From Eukaryota sp. GEM-RC1 (lineage: Eukaryota): 64,000 bases of DNA. The stretch is taken from assembly GCA_040285855.1 (NCBI GenBank), contig JAUFOQ010000004.1, positions 62,001 to 126,000 on the forward strand, read 5' to 3'. Of the stretch, positions 47,591-60,934 are shown one piece after another. A model generated the notes under the pieces. It made no database searches, was not told the DNA's origin, and saw only the letters and a program-made list of their open reading frames with translations. Position numbers and translations under genes: made by a program. Position 1 is the first letter of the stretch, and each line of letters starts with the position of its first letter.

Positions 47591-49781
47591 ATGAATCTAG
47601 GTGATATATCAGGCACAACAGACACTCATCTTTATGCTCAAGTCCCTCTAGTCAACAGCTCTGTCACTAAGACTGAAGCTACTGAACAGGTAGGTATCAT
47701 TCTGGAACAATACCTAATTCATGCTCGTAACCTCCTGTCCAAGTATAACCCACCCACAATGCAGGATTCCACTCTCGAACTCTATGCTGATCTTCTTTTG
47801 GATCATGTACGAAAAGAGATCATCACTGAACTGATAAACCAGGTCACAGTGCTCCACTCAGTATCTCCTTTGCTTTCTGTCTTCGAACCTACCATTAGAG
47901 GCTCAATCCCCAAATCCCCAACTTCTAACTTCCTTCTCTCCCTCACCCACCTCAACTCATTCTCAGTCACACAACCCCTTTCATTTCTTCCCATTCACTT
48001 TGGTCACTTGGCTGTCCTTACTTCTAAAGGAGATCGTCTTCTTCTTCATCAGGGAGAGATTGTATCAATGACTAAGGGGGGATCGAATTAGGGCTAAAAT
48101 TCCGTCAATTAAACCTATTCAAAAAAAGAAGTTATCTTCAAAAAAGAAAGTTTCCACATTGAGTCTTGATAAAAAATCAAAAAGTAGCACAGTGCCCGTC
48201 TTAATGCTGAGGAAAAATTTAAATATTAATGATATTTCATGGATAGAGGGAGAATTGAATGATTTTGTTTCTGTAATGGACGTTGTTTCTAAAATGTCCT
48301 CAGAATTTGGTGTTTTTAGAAAGTTTTTACCTTTTTCTACTAATTTAGCAGTGTTTTGTTACGCTCATTGCGTGTTTTTTTCAGATCACTTGTCTCTTTT
48401 GTCTTCCTTGAATTCAACAGATTTTTCTGAGTTTACTTCTAAATGTTGTCGATTGTTTCCACCGGAAAATTTAATTTTTCTAAACATTTCAGTTACAGAA
48501 CAAGTTCTTGATGGTATCAATCACACTTTGTTTTTGACCCTTTGCCAACATCACGTCACCACTGATCTCTTCATTGTAATCTATCACAAACAATCTCAGA
48601 AAGTCATCCTCAATCAACCTTTAACTGACCATTATGATCAATTAGTTGATTTTGACCCTCAATCATGGGAGCAATCAATTAGATTACCATCAATCGATGA
48701 TTTTTCCGTTTTTGACCTTGAGTTCCAACCACTAAAACAGCAAGTGTTGATCACTTTAATCAATACAGAGAAGGAACTAATGACTCGATTGTCTCTCAAC
48801 GTGTCTGATTACTATCAATCATTGGTATACCAGCCATTAAATTTTGAATCCATGAGTAAAGACTTCCTGAGCCTGCATTTAAAAAATAAGAATCGTAAAT
48901 TAAATCCTTTTTTATTCCCCTATTGCAGAAATGTTGGTCTCACCAAACACCATTTGTTGTTTCTTTCTTCTGAATCTTTAGTTAACGGGGATATTGTTAA
49001 CATTTATTTAATTGATGAGAATTCTCTCCTTTTGGTGATATATTCTTTAGTTAGAGAGAATATTCATTTTCTTGATTTACGAATTGATTTAGCAACGTCG
49101 TTTTATTCTTATCCATTTGTCAAACTTGTACCTGTTTTGCCAATATTTGAAATTCAAGGCGATTTTTTGATTGTCTTTCATTATTGGTTTCTCTATTTCG
49201 TTTGTCTGTCAAATTTAACTGTATTCCAAGTAGTTTCAATACTTGCTAATCCCCACATTGATAACCCTGAAATTTTAGAAACAGTTGATTATTTAAATAT
49301 TTCTCAGCCAAGTTTCCAACCTCCTTCAACGTCTATGCCCATCATCACTATATCCAAAGAGTTGTTGTTATACATTGCTGCTCATTCATATAACGAAGTT
49401 GTTTGTTTTAAAATTGATGTTAAAAACAAAGAAGAGAGTAAAAGAAGAGACCGGTCCAGGTTCAACTTTAGAACTAAATTCTTCAATCCATGTCATTTTA
49501 TTCATGGTAATCGACCAATTCCTGAAGTTCCAAAGACTAACCAACAACTACCTCTACCTCCCACGGACTTTCCACTTTCTAATACAGTTAACAGGTTCAA
49601 TGCTCACCCTCTCTTTATAACCTCAATTGTTAGAGAAATCACAGAGCAAGCAGAGGCGTTGGTGGACAAAAGACAGACACCAAGAAACACTGCTAGATCG
49701 AGATCAGAATTGGAGACGATTCTTTGTGAGGTCAACAGCAGACTTCCAGCAATTGCGTTAGACATTTTAAACAACGTTTAG
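47591..49781 (+). CDS. Hypothetical protein (one gene; frameshift in the G6 run at 48076-48081)
   Basis: Removing one G joins the 166-aa and 540-aa ORFs through an open linker. No family recognised. Confidence 0.6.
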
Positions 49782-50269
49782 TGTATATGGCTTGATATCT
49801 GGTCAATGAGCATATCCCTACTCTCCTGGTGCTCCTTCTCTGTATTCAGACCATCTCCCTTGACTATAGGAAGTAGTGAAATGTTATGGTCGTTGCACAG
49901 ACCCTTGATCTCTGCTGATGTTATCTGGCTCTCGTACCACCTATCCTTGTGAGAAAGGACAAGTAGAGCTGGTACATCGTTATGAATGGGCTGAAACTTC
50001 TCGAAAGCAGACCGTTGTGTGAGAGGTATATGGTAAATGACCAAATCAAAGGGGGTTGTGATGCTTTCTGCACTAACTGAGCCTCCCCATATGTTTGCAG
50101 GTAATTGTAAATCCTTGTGGGAATGGGAAAGGTTGGTGTGTACCATGTATGTATTGGGATAGGATTTCTGACTGGGAGGAAACACATTACAGAGTAAATC
50201 TAAAAGAGAACTAGACATTCCAACGATGAGGATGTTTGGGTTGCTGTTCTGTTCTAAAGGAAGAGACAT
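49778..50269 (-). CDS. Pseudo-GTPase resembling centromere protein M (CENP-M)
   Basis: MSLPL...NILIVG..SLLDLL...VH...LP...FDLVIYHIPLTQRSAF...LLVLS...I..LCNDHNISLL. This is a Ras-like layout without the P-loop GKS/T. Confidence 0.5.
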   Translation of the reverse strand: MSLPLEQNSNPNILIVGMSSSLLDLLCNVFPPSQKSYPNTYMVHTNLSHSHKDLQLPANIWGGSVSAESITTPFDLVIYHIPLTQRSAFEKFQPIHNDVPALLVLSHKDRWYESQITSAEIKGLCNDHNISLLPIVKGDGLNTEKEHQESRDMLIDQISSHIH

Positions 50270-50308
50270 TTGAAGAGCAAAAGTTTACAAATCCCCAATT
50301 CTTTTATG

Positions 50309-50990
50309 CAGTGTTTCGGAAATACGCGTACTTCAGCCTACATACGCCGTATTTGAACTTCTAAGTTAAGAACGTATTTTCCGTACTTATCGTACTTCTC
50401 TAACCCACCTACATTCTTATGCTCATCATCTCTGTTTCTTCATAGAATCCTGTTGTGCAATACGTTTCATCTGTTCTGAGTCGTTCATCCACCTCCATTT
50501 ACACTAGTTCTCCTAATACACTTCTTAGTTTGGTACTCAGGCGTTCTTTTCAAGCGACTTAGCACACTGTTAGTCAAGTGGAGTTTATTTCTCACGGTAC
50601 ACATAAAACTTTTGTAAACATCTGCTTTTATAACACCTCTTACTGAGGGAATTAGCTAACATTGGAATCAAACCTACTGATGCACCTCCTGACGTATGAA
50701 AGAAGGACTTGCTTAGCCGTTGAAGAACTCCTTCTTAAGACAAGTACAGTTCCACATCCTGATTTCTGTTGCAGACTTTGAACTGGTGTGTTTTTTTCAA
50801 GATTATGATAAAGTGTTTTATGAGTTCAATAAATGTTCATACAATATTGGTGTTGTTATGACCCCTTATCTTGAGAATAAAAGGGGTCAATCAATGCAGA
50901 TTAGACTTCAGAACAGGAACGTACGAGTACGTATTTACAAAGAAGTACGTACTTAACAAATTTGTACGTACACGAACTCCAAAAACACTG
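50309..50990. mobile_element. Non-autonomous hAT-type element, 682 bp
   Basis: Ends CAGTGTTTCGGA ... TCCAAAAACACTG. Perfect 8-bp TSD CTTTTATG (50301-50308, 50991-50998). CGTA/TACG-rich subtermini. Confidence 0.88.
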
Positions 50991-51045
50991 CTTTTATGTC
51001 GTCATTTTGTATATTTGTTTTGGGATAAATTTATTCACAAGTGTT

Positions 51046-51772
51046 CTACGGTTCTTTCTCTCCAGTAAACAATTCATGGGTATCCATGACTGGCATTTGT
51101 TCCCAGCCATCATGTCGCACTATGTAACATCTATTGAAACCACCACTATAGGAATCACGATGTACCGCATGAGTGATGGCTCTCCTGCCCAATTCCACTG
51201 CTTCTGCTTCAGTCATATCAAACTTGTACTCTGAATCCAGTATACCATAAGCATAAGTCGAACCAGAACCAACAGCGAACAAATTTCCTCTTATTCGCTG
51301 GCCTTCGGAGTCAACATAGAATAGACCTGGTCCAGAGTGATCAAAACCTGCAACCATGGTTCCCACAGATAGACCGTATCCCTTGTATTGGTATAACATG
51401 TTTGATAGCATTTTAGAAGCAGCACTTACTGTCACTCGCTCTCCGTGTTCAAGTTCCCAGAGACGACATCGTTGGGAAAGAACACGTTCCCAAAAGGCAC
51501 AATCAGCAGCACCACCAGCCATTGTTCCAAGGAGATATGGATTGATTTCTAAGACTTTTTGACAGATTGAGAACTGATGTAAGGACCTGGTATAAGATAT
51601 TGTGTTGCAGACAGAGCATACCCTGTGTGGATCGACTATCTACAGAAATACATACTCCTCCCTGAAAGACGAAACCAAGAGTAGTGGTACCATGTGAGTA
51701 ATCTAAGCCAGATCGTGGTTCTTTGAAGGTTGAAGGATCGAAAGAAGGACCAGTTGAAGAGATGGTTTGCAT
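51046..51772 (-). CDS. PSMB5: 20S proteasome subunit beta5; intron 51587-51621, homopolymer frameshift at 51556-51560
   Basis: [50 protein letters not shown]...[10 protein letters not shown]...RDSYSGG. Confidence 0.95.
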
Positions 51773-51809
51773 TGGAGGAAATGACTTGATCAAAATCTTT
51801 CTCTTCTCA

Positions 51810-52462
51810 ATGGACGTCTTTCAAGAAGTTAAAACTGGAACCACTGTTATGGGTGTACAATTCAAAGGGGGAGTAGTGCTTGGTGCTGACTCTCGTACTT
51901 CTATGGGCTCTTATGTCGCCAATCGTGTCTCAGATAAAATCTCTCCTGTATCAGACAAGATTATGATCTGCAGGTCAGGATCGGCTGCAGATACTCAAGC
52001 GATCTCTGACTATGTTCAGTACTTTCTCGAGAATTACTCAATGGAAACAGGACAACCTCCCAGTGTACATAACGCCGCTCACATGGCACGCAACATTTGC
52101 TATGAATACAAAGATCATCTATCTGCAGCTCTAATTGTTGGAGGTATGGACTCCACAGGACCCTCGCTTTACTCTATACCACTTGGTGGAGCTCTTGTGA
52201 AACAGCCAATAGCTATTGGAGGTTCAGGATCTTCCTTTATCTATGGATACGTGGACGCTAACTTCAGAGAAGACATGAGTGAGGAAGAAGCCATTGAGTT
52301 TGTGAAGAACTCTGTTTCTTTGGCAATGACCAGAGATGGAAGTAGTGGAGGTTTGTTTTATTTGTTTTATTCATTTTAGGTATAATAAGAATCGCTATTA
52401 TTACCAGTGATCGTACAGAACGGTTATTGTTTGCAGGTAGAGATGTCCCTAGATTTCAATAG
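51810..52462 (+). CDS. PSMB6: 20S proteasome subunit beta1; join(51810..52350,52380..52462)
   Basis: EVKTG|TTVMGVQFKGGVVLGADSRTSMGSYVANRVSDKI, CRSGSAADTQ, GGSGSSFIYG, RDGSSGG|IIR. 29-nt intron. Confidence 0.95.
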
Positions 52463-52535
52463 ATAAAAATTGTAGAGAAATTGAATTTTATATATATATG
52501 AGGTTATGTTGAAGACCACTGAAAGAAAAACAATG

Positions 52536-55500
52536 TCAACTTCTACCACTTCTTCTTGTGATTCCAATGTCATACAGAAGTGGTGGCTTTGAAATATTGT
52601 TTTGCCATGATTGAAACTCGTCATAGATTGCAGTTCGATAATTACAGTTTGATTCTCGAATAAAGCTCATCATGTTAGAAACAGCTTCCAAATCAGTTTT
52701 TCCATACGAAAGTCTAATTTTTAAATTTTCAATTGTTTTGGTCTTAAAACACTCCAACCCAGCATCGAGCATTAAGTTAACCAAGGAAATAATTAAATTG
52801 GAATGTTGTCTGACAGCTAGGTAACCTTTCACAATCAACGACACAAAGAGCTCAAACGTAGGTGAATCAACACGACCACCCATCAAATCAAACATTTCCC
52901 TAGATAATTTAAAAGGGGCTGTTTCAAATCTGAAATCCCCACCAGGAGAAACATCGAAAATAAAACCAAAATCAATATGAATAACATGGCCGTCTTTATC
53001 AAACATAATATTCCCATTATGTCGATCTTTAACTGCCAAAATAAACGTTACCAATGAGTAAGCCGCCATAGACTTTACAAACTCTAATTGAGCTGAAGCA
53101 AATCGTTCAGAAGATTTATCTCCAAATTGAGATTCAAACCAATCAATCAGACCTCCATCAGAATCACCTCCAATCTGATCGCGTGACTTGCTGTTAGCGA
53201 TGACTTCAATGACGCCATCATTAGTAGAAGTTGGAATTGTCAGATATGGAAGAAGGAAGAGGTCTAAACCGGTAGAAATTAATATTTGTTTCATTTGAAA
53301 TATTAATTGCAGAGCAAGAGAATCTTGTCGAACATCATCACTTGACTTGAAAATCCAAGAAACTTCTGATTTTTGAGCTGTTGTAAACGTCAACAGGATT
53401 GGTACCTTAGCATGTGACTTCAAACAAAGACATTTGTCCAAAACAATGCCCTTTGCTGAAACTCCATCGGGAAGAAGACCATTAATCGTCATTTGAGTTA
53501 ACTTCTGTCTTAAAACAGGCAATCTATCAGATTTAGCAACTTCTTTAAGTTCAAGAGACAGTAAAGTGAAGCTATCAATAAAAGACATCATAGTAGCAAC
53601 TGTAGCGAGAGTAGAAGAAGAAACTTGAGATAATATTGACTGTAATATGACGTCAGCATTTGATTGACCTTCAGTCGTGATTGCAGTTTGATTGGTTTGT
53701 TTTGACAGTCGAATGTTAGCACCACAAGAGCGGAGAAGGAAAGTTAAATTTAATAGAACTTGTTGGTTGTTTTGACAAATTGATCCAAATACAGTAGCAA
53801 AACTTGATTGAATTTCCGGAGGACAGAAATTTAAAATAAATTGAAATATTTGAGCAATATACGATATGACAACATCAGGTTGTTGATTTTTGAGGGCAAA
53901 TGAAAGATGATGTAGTACATCAAGAGCAAAATTTGGGAAATTTTGAAACTTTAAATAAATTTGTTTCAATGCACTCAAGGTAGAAATAAGCTGGGTGATG
54001 GAGAAATTCCTACAAACAAAGCTACACTGTCCAATCAATTCAATAATAACTGAATCATGTCGTAAATATTCAAAATTTTCCAAAATAAAAACTAAATACT
54101 CTGGTTCGACAACAAAAAGAGACGATGTAAACTCATAATTAGTCAAAAAGTCAACAAGATTCTTCTTAAAAAGCTCAGAATGACTTATTCGAATCAAGAA
54201 GAAAGGCATTGAAGCATTAACTGAAACCAAAACTTCTAATATTTTTAAAATATCTTTTGTAATCACAAATTCCTGGCCCTTCAACATCGCATGTTCATCC
54301 GCGCACTGCAACTTGAAATGATTCAACATAAGTTGCACGGCAATATTCATAGCAGAAGCCTTTGTGACGGGTAATGAAGACGAAGAGAGAGACTTTCGAT
54401 TAGAAGTAGTAGAGGTGGTATTACAAAGAGGGTCTTTGAAGAAGGAAAAAATAGTCTCGAGAGAGGAAATGCAGGAAGACACGTGCCAGGAAGGGAAAGA
54501 GTTGACGTTATATGATGTCATTGATTGAGCTAAATTGACTGTGATGAACTCAATCAATGCATCAAACGACAAGAAAAGCTCATGACTTGCCAGAATGTAG
54601 GACATGGATCCACACAACATAGCAAGGTATCTCAGGGAGAACTCAATATCAGAAGAAGTAAAGTCGGGGGCAACTGAAAGAATCAATTTTAATAGAAGCG
54701 TGACTTGATTGGTTTCGAAAAAGGAAGAATATTCCTTAAGACATGTATTTAAAAAATCCAGGAAAATTGTATGAACATTTAAATTGAAAGGAGGTGGAAG
54801 TGTAGCAACTGCTTGACGGGACATTTCTATCACAGGTTTAGGAACTTTTGGAAATTTAAAATACTTACAATTATTGATAAAAGACTGATATCCAACCAAT
54901 AAAGCGCAAAGTAAATCAGAGATCCGTTTAGAATTATATCTTAAAGTTTGTAAAGCAATATATCTAGTAAAAAGGTGAAATATATCGTCAGTGAGGACAA
55001 ACAAAAATTGAAAATTTCGATTGAATTACAATCAACCTCGACAGAAAAACACTTGGTTAACTTGGCAAAATCATCTGTAGAAAACAAAATACGACTTTGC
55101 CATGGAAAATTAGAAATTTCTCAATTAGATTGATTGATGAATATCCACTAGAAACCGATGGACACAAAATTTTCATAAATGTATTTAAAAAACTAATATT
55201 TCCCGTCATTGAAACTGGAAATGAAGGATTTTTAAATAAGTTGAAAACAGAAGGCGCCAAATTTGAAAATTTCGAAACAATTGTAAGTAATTTTTCAGAA
55301 AGAACAGGTGACAGGGGCAGATTGACTGTAGACCTTGTAGAATTAGCATTCCGAAACGGCAAATGAACAACTGATTGAGAAATAGAGATCGCTCTTTTTA
55401 ATTCTGAAAAAAGCGAAAAAATTGAATAATAAGACACACACCGGGAGCTGAACTTTGGCATCAGGGAAAGAAATCCGAGAACTTCAAGTGCGACGTTTGA

Positions 55501-57484
55501 TTTGAAATTGATTGCACTGGAAACGAGATCGATTAAAGAACAAAAGAGCTCAAATAGATCAGAAACAGGAAATAGGTCAAAATGAAACGTCATCAAACTA
55601 GCAGCTAGTAGACCACATAAAGAAGGAGAGAAATCTTGAACTAATTGGAAAAACCTATCAGAAGTAAAGAAAGATACGTTTTGAACAGATAGAAAGTTGA
55701 ATAGAATAACAAAAGAAGAAATCATGTCCAATTTTGAAATTGAAATTTTAGAATATTTGTCCCTTGATTGATTGGCTGTGGTTAAAGAGAACATATAATC
55801 AATAAAAGGCGAAGATACTGTAGATACATCACGATTACAAGTTGAAAACTGTGGAGTTGAAACTGATAATTCTTTGAGAAAATATATCAACAAATTTAAA
55901 GAATGTAGATCGTCATCACCAATATTGGAAATTGAAAGAAAGTAGAGCGACGACTGCAGATGAAAATCAGCCGAATTATGATTGATTGGACATGAGAATG
56001 ACTGTAGAGCAAACCAGAAATTAGCAAAACTTTTAAAATGATTGAGTACCATATCGGTCAAATAACGCCAAATATTAAAATACAAATTATGTAATTGTGC
56101 CACTTTCGATTTGAGTAAAGAATTAGTTAATATTACAATTACTGGAAGTAAAGACAATGATAAATTAATATTGTGATCAAAGCTCTTGTAGAATAAAGAC
56201 ATTGTTGTAGATAACAAGTACTGGCCCAACTCTAAATTTTGAAATTTTACGCAGCATGTTGCACTGTGGATCAAGATTATAGGTAGATAACAAAGAGATC
56301 CGGATGGGATGGATTTGAAGTCAAAATTTAAATTAATTAAAAAATCATCACAAACAGACAAATTTCCTGTTTTTAAGGAAATCATAGAAGTAAGAATTTC
56401 AAAAAAGAACTTCTTGTCCACAAAACTCAAAAAACACAATGAAATTAAATTTTTCCAAAATTTCAGACTAACTGCATTCACCTCAATTGATTGTGAATTA
56501 ATAGAGACAGTAAACCTGGAAAAAAGCAAAGAAAAACTTTTACTGATTATTGATTGAAGGTCAGAAGTAACTAATTGGAGGAATAAAGAAGAAGAGATCA
56601 ATATATCCATCAAATAGCCAATCAACTGTAGAGATTCGACTCTTTGAATTTTCTCAAATGAATACTGCACAATATCATGAATTGAACTATTGAATTTTTC
56701 AAAATACGGAGATTCTTCGGAATTATTTGAATAATCACGAATAAGAATATGAATTGTTTTCGTAAGATAATCCCAAAACTCAACAGAATGATCTGAAACA
56801 TCAATGATATTGAAGCATTTTTCAATGAACTTTGAAACTTCATTAAATAATTCAAAATGTTGGTGTGGTAAATCACAGCAACTGAACAAGTGACACACGT
56901 TGACCATCTGGTTGTTCGTCTCCAAAGAGAACAGAAAAGACAACAAGGCAGAGGCAGAGGTCGTATTCATTTGTCTAATTGAAGAGGGAAGAATTGAGGA
57001 GAGGGAATGTTTGACGTTAGAGGAAAAGGGACTGCGGTCAAAGAAGTTGAAGAAAACAGAAGAAAAGGAAGAAAAATGCTGAGGTGGAAAGAATTGCTGA
57101 CAAAAGAGAGACGTTGGAGATCAGAGAACAGAAAAGAACTGAAGAAGTGGATGATACATCAGAGATCAGTTGGAAATTAGCATCAAGATATTGAGGTGGT
57201 AAGAACTGTAGAGCAAGGGTCTGTACAAAGAGTTGTTCACTGTTGAGAAGTTGTGGGAGAATGTCTGGATCTGATAGAGCAAGATTGTGGAAGCATTTAG
57301 TGATGTAACATGGAACTTTCCAAGGTGAGTTAACAACAGTGTGTTGAAGAAGACTCAGGAAGGTTTTTCTTCGAGACAGAAAAGCATTAGAGTCCCTTAA
57401 ATGGCATAAATCTTGACGGAAAAGCTCAATAAGTCGAAGCCAGTAGAAGTCCATAACATTAACGAAATTATTCAGATTTATCAA
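52536..57484 (-). CDS. PI4KA: Phosphatidylinositol 4-kinase type III alpha (Stt4-like); N-terminal helical part split by frameshifts, start uncertain
   Basis: LKSHAKVP, IFKSSDDVRQDSLALQ, GVIEVI, SMAAYSLVTFILAVKDRHNGNIM, HIDFGF, FETAPFKL. The upstream ORFs 55057-56970 and 57038-57484 abut on the same strand. Confidence 0.8.
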
Positions 57485-57847
57485 TTCGAGATGTTGGCTT
57501 TCCCAGCGCTGTACAAAAATATTATTAAACTAAAACTAAGCATTGCTACTAAATGTAATATAACTTTTAAAAGATTGTTAAGTGCTGGTTTCAGTTTTAT
57601 CCAGTACATGAATCACTTTTAAAAGATTGTTTTTAACATGAAATGGAATCATGATTAGCGGAAACAAATGTTGAATAAGTACAAAAGAAGTAAATCAACC
57701 CATAAGCGACCACTAATGTGGATACTGTGCAAATCTTTAAGGAGAAGCAAAAGGACTGTCAACAAACACTGATAGATCAAAAGGATAAATATGAACATAT
57801 AGAATGAGATAACCCAACACAAGAAACAGAAAATCAACCCAGTATTG

Positions 57848-58150
57848 TTATCGAACCACAATGAACGGTCTTTCTGTAAAGACAATCTTTGTACGGACAA
57901 TACCTTCAACCAAAAGCTCTGATGTTTCAGGAGAATTAGATATGACTAGTCTCTTCTTGGGAAGGGTTTGGACCTTTCCTCGAAGTTTCAGCCCATCAAT
58001 GACTAAGATAGCAGTGTTGTCTTCGTTGATTGTCAGATTCCCAATGCGAACAGAATCTACTCTATCCAAATGAGTTTCTAACGTACCCTGCAGTTCAATG
58101 CCTATATACTCGGTAAGATTATCAAAGACTTTGAACTTTAGGATTTTCAT
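57848..58150 (-). CDS. CTF8: Ctf8 (Ctf18-RFC subunit)
   Basis: IELQGTLE...IGNL...LVIDGLKLRGKVQTLPK...IVRTKIVFTERP pattern, 100 aa. Confidence 0.75.
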   Translation of the reverse strand: MKILKFKVFDNLTEYIGIELQGTLETHLDRVDSVRIGNLTINEDNTAILVIDGLKLRGKVQTLPKKRLVISNSPETSELLVEGIVRTKIVFTERPFIVVR

Positions 58151-58220
58151 GGAGAGATACTAGTAGAAAATTGGTCTTCTTAAACACTGTTTTAATGAGC
58201 ATCAAACTGTATCAGCGCAT

Positions 58221-59059
58221 ATGAATGTTCTGAGTCTCATACATTCCCTTGAAGATAACCAATCTCAAGCTCAACTTATTATTGAACGCTATACTTCTTC
58301 TTCTCTTTTCGAGACCTCTTTCACTCTGCTTTACCTCCAGTCTTACTCAAAAATACTCCCAATAAGACATTCTTGAACAATCTGTCATCCGTCCTTTCCT
58401 CTTGTTGTCATCGTCTTCCGTCACCTCAACTACAGACCGTCCTCTCCTTCATTCGTAAACACCTGCCCCCAGAATCTCTTCGGTCAAATGCATCTGCTTC
58501 CTCTCTACAGCCTCTGTCTAGTCAGTGGCTCCCTATTTATACGACAATGTTTCAAAAGTATATTGTTGAAGATAGTAAAATGGAGGTAGAAAGATTGATT
58601 TGTATCTTAAAGGAAATCATTTCTGCAACAAACACTAAAGATTCAGACTCTTTTGGAATAGTTTATATTGATGCAACTTTGTATGAAGAATTACATCATC
58701 AACTGGTAACAGCAAAACAAAAAATCAAAATTTTAAAAAAAGTATCAAATTTTCTACTGTTAAAACCTTCTACAGTATCTCCTCTCGGTTACAGTAGTTT
58801 AATTTCTCTAATTACCGAACATTTGACTGAATTAGAGAGTTTGTTGGTGATTTGTTCTAAGTTCAAACCCAATCTATCAACTATTGGGGATGTTTCTTTT
58901 GATTTGTCTCTTCATGATGTTGAGTTTGAATCAGATTCTGGTGGTGACGTCATCACTGATGATATGATTGATGAGTGGTTCAATCAAAATGATGATGATT
59001 GCAATGAGCATAATGAAGAATTGATTAATGATATTTTAGATTGTCTTGAATTTGAGTGA
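58221..59059 (+). CDS. Hypothetical protein with acidic tail (frameshift at A5, 58349-58353)
   Basis: The ATG 58221 frame joins ORF 58373-59059 with one extra A. Confidence 0.55.
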
Positions 59060-59341
59060 TATCGAATTCAAGAGTAAAATTGTCATTTACAACTTACTTC
59101 TTTACTTATTCAAAAGAAGAATGTCTATCAATCAAAACTGATAGAACACCTACCAGTCCAATAAGTAGAATCATTTATCTAGTAGATTTGGAGAAAGATT
59201 TTTTAAAATTGAAAAGTATATGAAGCTGATGTTCATTCTACTCCTTTAACGTGACATTTCGAATGAGTACGTTTTTGAAGACAAAGTCTAGTTGAATGGT
59301 CGAAGTTAATTACATCTGCTCTTAATTAGACAGAAGCATAT

Positions 59342-60853
59342 CTAAAACACTTTTTTATAGTGATATAGATCAACTTTCATGTCAACACTGTCGCTGTATA
59401 AACTAATCAAATTTGATTGCTTCATAGATGGATATACACGTGCGGTTAACAGGCTTCGACCATTTGCAATTATCTCAACAATAGAATTATCAACAAAAAT
59501 GGAAAGAGACAACTCATTCATTTGTTGAGAGCTGAATAACAGAGGTACAGTAACAGTATCTTTTGAAACATTAGGAGAAAAAGAAGAATGTGTTAAAACT
59601 AACGACATTGCACCAGTTTTGAAGTCAAATTTTAATAAAGTCCGTTCTCTGTAATCAGGACTAGTAAAAAGAGAAATCATGATCCTTTCTTGAGTGAATT
59701 TTTTAAAATTTGAAATTTCAACTGATAATTCACATTTGTTTTCACATGTTTTGATCACTTGATGATGACCTTTATCAATCTGAATTGATTGGTGATTAGA
59801 TCGGAGTGTACTAGTAACAGACTCAGGAACAGCGTAACAAAAACTGTCAAAAAGCTTTGATTCTCTATAAACGACATACATTGATGAGCTTTTACACAAT
59901 GTTACAGCTCTAGGCAAGGTAAATAGTCCGGAAAAGTCTTCAGAATTCTCACGAAACTCACGTACCCATCCAATCAAAATCACGTCATCAGAATCCATCA
60001 CAAAGTTTCGAGTGGCATAAACTCCTGGATCGAAAAGAAATGACTGTGAAGGGACAAAATCAAAATCCTGATCGCTCATTGCTCCCATAATTATATAACT
60101 AGTATTAGGATTATCATGTTCAACAGAAATCAGCAGACCAAACGTGTCGTGAGTGTTTGGAAGTTTGAAGACAACAGGACATTCCCACGTAGAAAGGAGA
60201 TCAAAAGGAAACTGACCTTCATCCTTGATTACTATACCATCATATTGCCAGTCATAGACTCCAGCTGATTTGTTGTAATCACGTGATCTATACCGAATCA
60301 CAGCTCCTTTCTTGGTCTCTTTTATCCCAGTTCCCAGAATCATGACTAAAGAGTTATCAGGGGCCAGGAAGATCTGAGGATCTCGAAAGGCATCATTGAA
60401 TTGGGAAGGCTTGGCTGAGAAGGGAAGGATTGGGTTGGAGGAGGAGCGATGGAAGTACTGAAGTAGAGAATCATTAGAGACAGCAAGACATTGGGTTTGG
60501 GGTTGAGCTGCAGTATACCAAAAGTAAACGTCATCATGATCGTGAGGGAACTTGAAAGCACTTCCTGACCAACAACCCGCAGTTTCATAGGGATAGGAGG
60601 GTTCTAGTGCATTAGGTAAAGATTTCCAGTGAATTAGATCGTGAGAATATACATGAGCCCAATAAGGTGCACCCCAGGATGTGGATTTAGGATTGAATTG
60701 ATAGTAGAGATGGTACAAGCCCTTGAAATAGATAGTTCCAACAGGATCATTGATCCAAGTTCCATGGGGAGCGGAAAAGTGATAGACAGGTTTATGAAAG
60801 CAGTGTGCAACGGTGATTAACAGAACAACAAAAAGTAGATAAGTTGGATGCAT
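59342..60853 (-). CDS. GH32 beta-fructofuranosidase/invertase, secreted
   Basis: Signal peptide; WINDPVG, WSGSA, FRDP and WECP catalytic motifs; C-terminal IFVDNSIVEI..TARVYP. Confidence 0.93.
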   Translation of the reverse strand: MHPTYLLFVVLLITVAHCFHKPVYHFSAPHGTWINDPVGTIYFKGLYHLYYQFNPKSTSWGAPYWAHVYSHDLIHWKSLPNALEPSYPYETAGCWSGSAFKFPHDHDDVYFWYTAAQPQTQCLAVSNDSLLQYFHRSSSNPILPFSAKPSQFNDAFRDPQIFLAPDNSLVMILGTGIKETKKGAVIRYRSRDYNKSAGVYDWQYDGIVIKDEGQFPFDLLSTWECPVVFKLPNTHDTFGLLISVEHDNPNTSYIIMGAMSDQDFDFVPSQSFLFDPGVYATRNFVMDSDDVILIGWVREFRENSEDFSGLFTLPRAVTLCKSSSMYVVYRESKLFDSFCYAVPESVTSTLRSNHQSIQIDKGHHQVIKTCENKCELSVEISNFKKFTQERIMISLFTSPDYRERTLLKFDFKTGAMSLVLTHSSFSPNVSKDTVTVPLLFSSQQMNELSLSIFVDNSIVEIIANGRSLLTARVYPSMKQSNLISLYSDSVDMKVDLYHYKKVF

Positions 60854-60934
60854 TATATGTAGTTAACGATACCAGAAGTTAAAACGAAACCTAGTTACAG
60901 TAGTTAGTTTTTATCAGGGAAAGTAGCCACTTAG

